64,000 nt of DNA. Source: Deltaproteobacteria bacterium (GTDB lineage Bacteria > UBA10199 > JADFYH01). Made by a program: the position numbers and the translations under genes. Each line of letters opens with the position of its first letter. The first letter of the stretch is position 1. This document shows, piece after piece, positions 17,465-25,414 of this stretch. The notes beneath the pieces are model-generated. The model was not told where the DNA came from. It saw nothing but the letters and a program-made list of their open reading frames with translations, and searched no databases. The stretch is taken from assembly GCA_015233135.1 (NCBI GenBank), contig JADFYH010000010.1:7565-71564 (forward strand). Reading direction: 5' to 3'.

Positions 17465-18831
17465 AAATCAAAACTTATCTTGTCCGCTCTTTGAGCGAAG
17501 CGGTTGAAAAAATCAAAAAGGAAATGGGTCCTGAAGCGGTGATTCTCTCTACCCGAAAAGTAGAGCCCAAGACTCATCCCCTGGCAGATCCTTCGATCAG
17601 TTTGGAAGTGACGGCGGCACTTTATCCTGTCGATACCCAGGATTTCTCTTTAAAGACTTCCAGTCCGAAAGAAACTTTTCAGGAAACAGTGCTCCAAGCG
17701 CCAAAAGTCAAACAGGGTTCAGTTGTTCCTGTCCCTGAACTGAGAAGTTCTCCTGAGCTGAGGGCGATCCCTGAGCTGTCTCCCATTCAGGCCTATTTCG
17801 CAAAGCAGAATCAGAGAAAAATAGAGGAAATGGAACGAGCCATTCTCAGTGTGTGTCGAACGCTGAACCAGCATGAACTGCAATCTTCCCTGATTCATGA
17901 ACTTTCGGAGAAACTTTTGAGCGAGTGCGAAGAATTTGATCTGGAAAAATGTGAGGAAATGTCAGCGCATCATTTGATGAAAAAAATGCCAAAACCCCTC
18001 CCCTTCAAAAGAGAAGGTTTGGAGTCTACTCAATTGGCTTTTGTAGGCCCTACGGGTTCCGGAAAAACAACCACCTTAACCAAGCTTGCTTTGAAATACA
18101 AACTAGAAGGCTGTTCCATTGCTATTGTTTCGATTGATTATGACATTCTCCATCGACAAGAGCCCTTGAGACGCTTTGCAGAAGAGAATGAAATTCCTTT
18201 TTACTTTGTGACTCATGAATCCGAACTGGTACAAAATCTGACTGAATTTGCAAATTATGAGGTTGTTCTTTTTGATACCGAGGGATGTTCTCCCTATGAC
18301 AATGAGAGAATGGCGCGTTTGGCCAAGACTTGTGAAAATTTGGGGTCTGTTCAAACCGCCCTGGTTTTGCCCACTCATCTGGGATTTGGAGATCTTTTCT
18401 CTATCATGAGGCGCTTTAGTATCACCCGTTTTGATCGATTAATCCTTACCAAATTGGATGAAACAGAAAATTTTGGAAATCTCTTTCATGCGCCTTACTA
18501 TAGCCAGGTGCCTCTGGCTTATTTTACCATGGGGCAACGAATTCCCGAGGATATTGAAGAAGCAACTTTGGAGCGGATCATGGATTGTTTTTTCAATTTT
18601 TCGGCGCGAGGTTCTCTGCTGCCGGAACTTCCCCTGGAAAAGAAGTTCGTCATAGAAAAAAAATCCGTTCCCGAAATGAGCCTGGTTCTGGAAAAGCCGC
18701 CAGTCCAAGAAAAGAAGTTGATAGTAGCAAAGAAGTTCTCTTCCGAAAAGAAGATGGTGAGAGAAAGGATGGCTGTATCTGTGAGGACGATGCCGGAGGG
18801 AGCAGGTGTGGAAGGTTTAACCTTTTTGTAA
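17461..18831 (+). CDS. flhF: flagellar biosynthesis GTPase FlhF (with C-terminal extension)
   Basis: N-terminus MKIKTYLVRSLSEAVEKIKKEMGPEAVIL. SRP-type G domain with FVGPTGSGKTTT, DTEG and TKLDET. The ATG overlaps the flhA stop. Confidence 0.85.
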   Translation: MKIKTYLVRSLSEAVEKIKKEMGPEAVILSTRKVEPKTHPLADPSISLEVTAALYPVDTQDFSLKTSSPKETFQETVLQAPKVKQGSVVPVPELRSSPELRAIPELSPIQAYFAKQNQRKIEEMERAILSVCRTLNQHELQSSLIHELSEKLLSECEEFDLEKCEEMSAHHLMKKMPKPLPFKREGLESTQLAFVGPTGSGKTTTLTKLALKYKLEGCSIAIVSIDYDILHRQEPLRRFAEENEIPFYFVTHESELVQNLTEFANYEVVLFDTEGCSPYDNERMARLAKTCENLGSVQTALVLPTHLGFGDLFSIMRRFSITRFDRLILTKLDETENFGNLFHAPYYSQVPLAYFTMGQRIPEDIEEATLERIMDCFFNFSARGSLLPELPLEKKFVIEKKSVPEMSLVLEKPPVQEKKLIVAKKFSSEKKMVRERMAVSVRTMPEGAGVEGLTFL

Positions 18832-18841
18832 GGAGTAGATT

Positions 18842-19627
18842 TTGAATTCGGTGCAGGCTCAACAATCTCAACAATATGGGCAACATTCTCCGGTCTCGGA
18901 TGCCCTCTCTTCTTTTGAACAAGAAAAGGTGGTTGAGTTTCTTAGGCTCGTGAAATGGATCGTGAACCGAATTCTCAATCGCCTGCCCAGACATATCAAC
19001 GGCGATGATCTTATTCATAGTGGAATTTTGGGTTTGATTGATGCCGTCAAGCGTTTCAGTTGGGGAAGGCCCCGCGAACCAGAAGAATTCAAGGCCTATG
19101 CGGAATGCCGCATTCGGGGTCAAATCATGGATGAGCTTCGACGCATGGATGCCCTTCCGCGCTCTGCACGTGAAAAGGTAAATAAATTTAAAAGAACCTT
19201 TGAAACCCTGTGCCAACAGCTCAAACGGGAGCCCACTGAATATGAGATTTGTGCTGAACTCAAAGTCGATTTGGAGACTTGCCATCAAATGAGGGCAGAG
19301 ATGGCCTTTGGCAAAGAGATTCCTTACGATTCTTGTCAAAATCCTCAGTCGATCGAAGAAATGTTGCTGCAGACTTTGGATGATGTAGCCATTCGTACGC
19401 CGGAATCGCAGTTGCACATTGAACAGGTCAAAAAACTGCTCGGTGAGGAGATTGCAAATTTGGAAGAAAAAGAACGGCAGGTGGTGAGCTTGTATTATCT
19501 GGAAGAAATGACGCTCAAGGAAATTGGAGTCATCTTGTCGATTACGGAATCCAGGGTTTCCCAAATTCACGCGGCAGCCCTGGCAAAATTATTGAAGAGG
19601 TTACGATTGAGTCTGGATTTGGATTGA
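18842..19627 (+). CDS. fliA: flagellar sigma factor FliA (sigma-28)
   Basis: Sigma-70 family with region 2 (YAECRIRGQIMDELRR) and a region 4.2 HTH (LKEIGVILSITESRVSQIHAAAL). TTG start 6 nt after an AGGAG RBS. Confidence 0.85.
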   Translation: MNSVQAQQSQQYGQHSPVSDALSSFEQEKVVEFLRLVKWIVNRILNRLPRHINGDDLIHSGILGLIDAVKRFSWGRPREPEEFKAYAECRIRGQIMDELRRMDALPRSAREKVNKFKRTFETLCQQLKREPTEYEICAELKVDLETCHQMRAEMAFGKEIPYDSCQNPQSIEEMLLQTLDDVAIRTPESQLHIEQVKKLLGEEIANLEEKERQVVSLYYLEEMTLKEIGVILSITESRVSQIHAAALAKLLKRLRLSLDLD

Positions 19628-19654
19628 AAATTCAAAATTATTTTTGGAGAAAAA

Positions 19655-21136
19655 ATGAATCTTGCAGTAAAAAAAACAGGCCCCACGCTGGCGCTTTGCA
19701 TGATCGTTAAAAACGAAGAGGCCTGGTTGCGTGCTTGTTTGCAAAGCGTTCAGGGCCTCGTCGACGAAATGGTCATTGTCGATACGGGCTCTAGCGATGC
19801 CACGGTAGAAATCGCGAAATCTTTTGGGGCGCGCATGATCTCTCACGTCTGGAAGAATGATTTTTCCGAGGCACGCAACGTTTCTTTAGCGCACGCGAGC
19901 AGCGACTGGATCCTCGTTCTCGACGCCGATGAAGCCATTTCTAGGCAAGATCATGATCCAATCCGACAACTCCTTCTGCATCCTCAGAAGCCTATCATTA
20001 CACTGATCCAGACCAGCTATTGCCTCGACTCGAACACCTGTGGTTGGAGGCCAAACCAGCTTCAAGTGCCGGAAGCAAAAGGCTATCCCGGTTATATGGA
20101 TTCTTCTCTGGCTCGACTTTTTCCGAGAGATCCTCAAATCCGTTTTCAGGGAGAAATCCACGAACATGCACGACATGAAAAACAGGAGTATCCTCAAATC
20201 AATGTTCCCCTGCGGATTCATCACTATGGAAAATATAATTCTCAGGAGGTCTTAAGGAAAAAAGATGAATTGTATTTGGGCATCACCGAGGAGAAATATA
20301 GAAAAGCCTCGGACAATGCCCATGTGTGTTATGAAATGGCCGCTCAGTATTGGCGTATGGGAGAGGTGGAAAAGGCCAAAGAAGTTCTTCAAAAGGCACT
20401 GAAGATTGACCCCAAATATGTGCGACTCTGGTTGGTCTGGGGTGGAATTCTGCATCAGGAAAAAAAATATGCTGAGGCGGCAAAGGCCTATGCCCAAGTG
20501 ATGGAATTGGAACCGAGTAATCCGACCCCTTATCTTTATTTGCCCACCATTCTGGTTGAGATGAAAAATTTTGTGTTGGCCCAAGAGATTTTGAATGAGG
20601 GCCGTCAAAAGATAGGCGATCATCCAGGTTTTTATTTGAACGAAGGAAGCGTAAAACAATCTTTAGGGAAACACAAAGAGGCGCTTTTGTCTTTTAGTAA
20701 GGCCCTGACCTTGAATCCGGATGAAAGTATTGCCTGGTTAAATCAGGGAGTCTCGGAGCTTTATCTGGGATTTTTTGCACAAGCTGAAAAAAGTTTTGAG
20801 AAGGCCGAACAATATTCTGGAACCCGTTTTGAGGCCAACAGACGTCTGGTACATCTTTATTTTAAAACAGCCCAATTGGAAAAGGCTGCCCTGGCATTAA
20901 AAAAAGCCAAGGAGGAGCAGTCTGAGCACCCTGAAATTTTAGTGAATGAAGTCGTGTTGCTCACGGAGCAGAAGCAATGGACTGGGCTTGTAGAAAAAAT
21001 AGAAGTACTGCAGGAACGGCCCGATCTGAGCCACGCACAGCAGCTCCTTCTTAAAAAATGTTCATCCTTAATTCCCTCTCCCCAATTTGTTGGAGAGACA
21101 ACATTACACTCGTTAGAAAGGAGTAATACTCTATGA
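19655..21136 (+). CDS. family-2 glycosyltransferase fused to C-terminal TPR repeats
   Basis: N-terminal GT-A fold motifs (LCMIVKNEE; VIVDTGSSD; LVLDADE, a DxD). The C-terminal roughly 270 aa consist of TPR-like repeats. Confidence 0.7.
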   Translation: MNLAVKKTGPTLALCMIVKNEEAWLRACLQSVQGLVDEMVIVDTGSSDATVEIAKSFGARMISHVWKNDFSEARNVSLAHASSDWILVLDADEAISRQDHDPIRQLLLHPQKPIITLIQTSYCLDSNTCGWRPNQLQVPEAKGYPGYMDSSLARLFPRDPQIRFQGEIHEHARHEKQEYPQINVPLRIHHYGKYNSQEVLRKKDELYLGITEEKYRKASDNAHVCYEMAAQYWRMGEVEKAKEVLQKALKIDPKYVRLWLVWGGILHQEKKYAEAAKAYAQVMELEPSNPTPYLYLPTILVEMKNFVLAQEILNEGRQKIGDHPGFYLNEGSVKQSLGKHKEALLSFSKALTLNPDESIAWLNQGVSELYLGFFAQAEKSFEKAEQYSGTRFEANRRLVHLYFKTAQLEKAALALKKAKEEQSEHPEILVNEVVLLTEQKQWTGLVEKIEVLQERPDLSHAQQLLLKKCSSLIPSPQFVGETTLHSLERSNTL

Positions 21137-22020
21137 TTTCTTCAAATTCCTTAGCGACAGGTGAGGTCTTAGGAAAAAGTTATGGTTTTCAAGTGAGGCC
21201 TGCTGTGAGTGCCCGTGATTCTATTCAAGATTTGGTGGCACAAGGTAAGATTGTCGGAGAATGGAATGAAAATTTCAAAATTTATGCCTTGCCCGAAATG
21301 CTGAAACAGAGGCCTCCCAAATGGATAAAAGAGGAGCCTTTTAAAGGGGTATTGCAGGTAGACGCCATTAAAAATATCTGGCAGGCCATGGATTATTTTG
21401 GCGAAGGAGAGCTGGATGTTTTGATTACTCCGGAGAATTCATTCCTCTTTCCCCAAGAGGGCAGAAGCCTCCTTGAGGGCATTCGGGGCATTCTGGAAAA
21501 CAGGAAGGATCCGACTACAGGGGCACCCACACTGGGAACAGATTTTAATTTCGAATCGGACGATCCCTTTTTAAATAATCTGCAGGGGAAATTATTGACC
21601 CTGAAAGGAAATATTTCGGAGGCAGGTAAGGCCTTTGGGAAGGCCCTTGCCTTGTTGCCCGAATACAGTGAGCCCTACGCAAATTTGGGAACCTTGCTCT
21701 GGCAACTGGGTCAGCAAAAGGAGGCCTTTGTTCTTTTTGTGGAGGCCCTGCTGCGCAATCCCTATAATGTTGCGGCACAGCTGAATTTTTTTGATGCCGG
21801 AAGGGAGACGGAAAATTTTGATGGGATGATTAAAGTAGTCGAAAAAATTCTGGAAATGGATCCAGAGTGTCTGGAATTTTATCCCATCCTGGCTTTTTCT
21901 TATCACCGTTCGGGGCAAGCGGGTAAGGCCATCGATATCCTCAACAATTTTTTGGCCAAGTACCCTCAGGAAGAAGAGGCCCGGCTTTTACTGGAACATA
22001 TCAAATCTCATTTGCAGTAA
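21133..22020 (+). CDS. TPR-repeat protein, unknown N-terminal domain
   Basis: 295 aa with TPR-like repeats in the C-terminal half (AGKAFGKALALLPEYSEPYANLGTLLWQLGQQKEA). ATGA overlap with the upstream GT2-TPR gene. Confidence 0.5.
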   Translation: MISSNSLATGEVLGKSYGFQVRPAVSARDSIQDLVAQGKIVGEWNENFKIYALPEMLKQRPPKWIKEEPFKGVLQVDAIKNIWQAMDYFGEGELDVLITPENSFLFPQEGRSLLEGIRGILENRKDPTTGAPTLGTDFNFESDDPFLNNLQGKLLTLKGNISEAGKAFGKALALLPEYSEPYANLGTLLWQLGQQKEAFVLFVEALLRNPYNVAAQLNFFDAGRETENFDGMIKVVEKILEMDPECLEFYPILAFSYHRSGQAGKAIDILNNFLAKYPQEEEARLLLEHIKSHLQ

Positions 22021-22037
22021 AAAGGTAGATCAAAAAA

Positions 22038-23963
22038 ATGAATTTCTTCGAAAAAAACTTTGCCGTCCTCGAAACCACCCATCCCAAACTGGCTCAAAAA
22101 GTAAGGGAAATGAAATATTCACCCGAGAACCTGGTTGAAGTTTCTCCAGGCGTTTTTGATTTCAAAGATGCCCAAGGAAAACTTCTTTATCAAGGGCAAC
22201 CCCTACTCAAAGCAGAAGAATATTTAAAAAAAGTGAATCTCACTTACCCAAAGTTTGTCGTCTTTTATGGTTTGGGTTTGGGTTATTCTTTCCAGGAATT
22301 TCAAAAACAATTTTCACAAAAATTTGAAATAGCAATTGTGGTTGAAAAATCTCTTACTCTTTTTCGTCATTCGCTTGAAGTAACCGATTGGACAGAGATT
22401 CTCACTTCGCAAAAATTGCTTTTGTTGGTGGATGAAGAACTCGAGGCGGTACAGGAAAAACTTAAATCTTGTTTTTCGGATGGAATTTTTTTGACCTTTG
22501 TTAAGGCAATGACCCCAATTCATGAGGAGGTATCCTTGGTTTGGGAGGGCAAGGGGAACTATTACGTTTCAGTAGCTCAGTGTATAAAAGAGCAAATTGA
22601 ATACGTTTCTGAATTCATGGTTGGAGATTGGGAAGACAATTACCATGGTTTCACGAATGTTGTGAATAATGTTTTTCATGCCTATCAGGTTCCTTCTTTT
22701 ACTTCCCTAGTGGAACGGTTTCAAAAAATTCCTGGCATTGTGGTATCCACAGGGCCTTCCTTGAATCATTCACTAGAATGGTTGAAAAAGGTACAGAACA
22801 AGGCCGTGATCGCTTGTGCCGATTCAGCTCTACGTATTTTACTCAAGCATGGGATTACGCCTCATATAGTTGCCTGCCTTGAAAGAACTCAATGTACCAT
22901 AAAATATTTCGAAGAATTTAATGATTTAAATCGAACTTTTTTACTAAGTGATTTGAGTATTTGGCCCGAGACTTATCAAAAGTATAGCGGGCCCAAGATT
23001 AATTATTTTCGCCCTGTAGGCCAGCAGCGTTGGTTCTTTCCAAAAGAAATAATGAGAAATGCAGGGACTTCAGTGGCGCACGAGATTTTTTTGGCTCTTT
23101 ATTACATGGGCTGTTCTCCTATTTTTTTGGTGGGTCAGGATTTAGCCTATGATCCTCACACTCATGCGGGTCATGCTCAAGGGATTTCCTCCTTTTTGGA
23201 GGATTATGACAAAAGTGAGTTGCAATACATTAAACATCATTATGTCTCCGCTGGGAAAAATGAGGTGTGGGTGGAAGGTAATAATGGAAAACCTATCTTG
23301 ACTAGCCCCTATTGGAATAATTTCAGGAATTTTTTTGAGAATATTTTCAAAAAAGAAGGCGTGGATTGCTACAATGTAATTCCTCAAGAATACGGGGCCC
23401 GCTTGAAGAATGCAAAATGGCTGGATCCTCGTCAGGCCTTGGAATTTTTCAGTGAAGAGAGGGATATCTTTGCCCTTCTGAAGGAGGGGCTAGACCAATC
23501 TTCTGTGGAAGAGAAAGAAGTCTTTTTGACGAAAATGAAAATGAAATTCCAGACTGCCTTGGGGTATTTAAGAAATTTTCAAGAGATTACTTTGGACGTT
23601 TTGGATAGTATTTCCATTTTTCAACATCATTTTGATTTGCAGCTTTTCGGATTTGAAACTTATCGCCCCCTTTTAACTAGATTAGAAAAGATGATTAATG
23701 AGTTGGAATACATTCCTGAAAATCTTGAAGATGATTTTTTTGGCAATTTTCTTTATCCACAAATTCAGGGGGAATTAATTCCTTTTTATCAAGGAATAGA
23801 AGCTGCACTCAAATTGCCAGAACAATCTACCTTTCGTATTCGGGAGCAAATTAAAATGCTGAGGTTTTGGTTGAAGACGGTGCATTATGCTTGTTCAAGG
23901 ATGGAAAATTTTATTCTTAAAAATTTAGCAGAAGAAAATCGGAAAATCCTAGGGACTCTATGA
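22038..23963 (+). CDS. maf: motility accessory factor (Maf/DUF115) putative flagellin glycosyltransferase, paralogue 1
   Basis: 641 aa with the Maf core motifs GIVVSTGPSLN, ACADSALRILLKHGITPH, FLVGQDLAY, EGNNGKPI and NVIPQEYGARL. Confidence 0.75.
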   Translation: MNFFEKNFAVLETTHPKLAQKVREMKYSPENLVEVSPGVFDFKDAQGKLLYQGQPLLKAEEYLKKVNLTYPKFVVFYGLGLGYSFQEFQKQFSQKFEIAIVVEKSLTLFRHSLEVTDWTEILTSQKLLLLVDEELEAVQEKLKSCFSDGIFLTFVKAMTPIHEEVSLVWEGKGNYYVSVAQCIKEQIEYVSEFMVGDWEDNYHGFTNVVNNVFHAYQVPSFTSLVERFQKIPGIVVSTGPSLNHSLEWLKKVQNKAVIACADSALRILLKHGITPHIVACLERTQCTIKYFEEFNDLNRTFLLSDLSIWPETYQKYSGPKINYFRPVGQQRWFFPKEIMRNAGTSVAHEIFLALYYMGCSPIFLVGQDLAYDPHTHAGHAQGISSFLEDYDKSELQYIKHHYVSAGKNEVWVEGNNGKPILTSPYWNNFRNFFENIFKKEGVDCYNVIPQEYGARLKNAKWLDPRQALEFFSEERDIFALLKEGLDQSSVEEKEVFLTKMKMKFQTALGYLRNFQEITLDVLDSISIFQHHFDLQLFGFETYRPLLTRLEKMINELEYIPENLEDDFFGNFLYPQIQGELIPFYQGIEAALKLPEQSTFRIREQIKMLRFWLKTVHYACSRMENFILKNLAEENRKILGTL

Positions 23964-25258
23964 CCCCTTATAAGATCGCCTTTTTTCATGTAGGCGCTGC
24001 CTGTCACGGTCGCAGCAAAAAAATAAAACCCCTGGGGGGGACTGAGTCTGCGATGATTGACATGGCAGAGGCGCTTGCTCAGCGTGGGCACGAAGTGCAT
24101 GTCTTTAGCCTGTTGGATGATGTAGGCCCTTACGAGGGAGTACAGTACCATTCTTTTGAAGCATTCGAATCTTTTTCTCTCAATAAAAACTGGGATGTTT
24201 TTATTGGAATCCGGCAGCTTCTTCCTCTGCTGGTTAAGCGTTGGGCAGCCTATCAAATTTATTTCACTCCAGACGCCTACGATCAGCCCTTTTTTAAACA
24301 GGCCTTACAAGTAGATTGCAGCTTGGATAGTCAAAATTGGAAAGTGGGGCTCTACTCTTTGAAGTTTGTCAGTCACTGGGTCGATAAAATTTATTGTGTA
24401 GGCCAGTGGCAGGCCCAGAGCTTGGCTCAGGCCTTTCAAGTTCCCCTTTCCAAATTTTTTGTGACGGGCAATGGCATTTGGCCTCAGCTTTTTAAACCCC
24501 TTCCCTTTTCTGAAAGAAAAAAAAGAATTGTTTATGCCTCTACCCCTTCTCGAGGTTTGGAATATTTGCTCGATTATTTTCCCACTCTTCGCAGGGAGAA
24601 TCCTGGGTTGGAATGTTGGGTGATGAGTGGAATGCAACTCTATGGACTCAGCGCAGAGCAAGATCAGCAGCAGTATGCAGGGGTTTATCAAAAAGCAAAA
24701 CAAGAAGGAGTCCATCTTTTGGGCCCTGTATCCAAATCGGAACTCTATTCAATTTTTTCTCAAAGTCTGGCGATGGCCTACCCGAATACCTTTGCAGAAA
24801 CCTTTTGTATTGCTGTGTTAGAGGCGCAAGCCGCAGGATTGCCAGTGGTGACCACTCGCCTGGCTGCCTTGGAGGAACGGATTGAAGAAGCGAAAGAAGG
24901 TTTTTTGATTTCAGGACATCCCTCTCAAGAAACTTACCAGGAAGATTTTATTTCAAAAATGAACCAGGTCCTTCAAAGTCCATCTTTGTGGAATCCTTTG
25001 AGTGCACAGGCTCTAGAAAAGAGCCGGCGGTTTTCTTATGAAATTTTAGCTCAGGCTTGGGAAAAAGATTTTGATCTTTTTTTTCAAGACCCAGAAAAAA
25101 ATAAAAGCCCCAGGCCAGATTTGTTTTTTCCCAAGCAAGAATTTCTGACAGTGAAGGGAGAGGATCAAAAAACAGCGCAGATTGAAATCTCTCCACAAAT
25201 CATTCAACAGGAACTTAACAAATATTTGAATGCCTTTAATTTTAAGAGTTTGATGTAA
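23960..25258 (+). CDS. family-4 (GT-B) glycosyltransferase
   Basis: 432 aa. N-terminal GGTES motif and a C-terminal EX7E-type region (ETFCIAVLEAQAAGLPVV). ATGA overlap with maf paralogue 1. Confidence 0.7.
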   Translation: MTPYKIAFFHVGAACHGRSKKIKPLGGTESAMIDMAEALAQRGHEVHVFSLLDDVGPYEGVQYHSFEAFESFSLNKNWDVFIGIRQLLPLLVKRWAAYQIYFTPDAYDQPFFKQALQVDCSLDSQNWKVGLYSLKFVSHWVDKIYCVGQWQAQSLAQAFQVPLSKFFVTGNGIWPQLFKPLPFSERKKRIVYASTPSRGLEYLLDYFPTLRRENPGLECWVMSGMQLYGLSAEQDQQQYAGVYQKAKQEGVHLLGPVSKSELYSIFSQSLAMAYPNTFAETFCIAVLEAQAAGLPVVTTRLAALEERIEEAKEGFLISGHPSQETYQEDFISKMNQVLQSPSLWNPLSAQALEKSRRFSYEILAQAWEKDFDLFFQDPEKNKSPRPDLFFPKQEFLTVKGEDQKTAQIEISPQIIQQELNKYLNAFNFKSLM

Positions 25259-25260
25259 CA

Positions 25261-25287
25261 TAGAGACAGGTTTTAAACCCGTCTCTA
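25261..25287 (+). terminator. possible intrinsic terminator after the GT4 gene
   Basis: tagagacagg-ttttaaa-cccgtctcta hairpin with one mismatch, starting 3 nt after the stop. The tail (cttgtcttgtcattt) is only moderately T-rich. Confidence 0.3.
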
Positions 25288-25303
25288 CTTGTCTTGTCAT
25301 TTA

Positions 25304-25373
25304 CATGGATTCGACTGGGCTCACCATGTCCCACTTGGTTCCAATTGGGACATGGTGAGGCCCTCGAACCATG
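25304..25373. other. long imperfect inverted repeat with a perfect 14-bp core stem
   Basis: ctcaccatgtccca (25320-25333) pairs with tgggacatggtgag (25346-25359) around a 12-nt loop. The outer arms catggattcga and tcgaaccatg extend it. Confidence 0.7.
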
Positions 25374-25414
25374 TAATGGATTTGTTAAATTTATTCCTGT
25401 GCTGAGTATAAATT

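Noticed and set aside
18650-19570. 306-aa ORF antisense to fliA, and similar long antisense ORFs at 9300-9875, 46880-47761, 53340-54089 and 58041-58694
   Set aside because: Each lies entirely opposite a gene with strong motif support. Their translations are low-complexity or F/L/R-rich with no motifs, which is the typical shadow of codon-biased genes.
21076-21097. ctctcc-N10-ggagag at the 3' end of the GT2-TPR gene as another family-B repeat copy
   Set aside because: It has only a 6-bp stem with a 10-nt loop and lacks the extended core shared by the other copies. It cannot be distinguished from chance.
24034-24040. G7 tract in the GT4 glycosyltransferase as a phase-variation site
   Set aside because: The run encodes the conserved Gly-Gly of the GGTES motif (ctg ggg ggg act). 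It is shorter than tracts known to switch efficiently, and coding constraint explains it.
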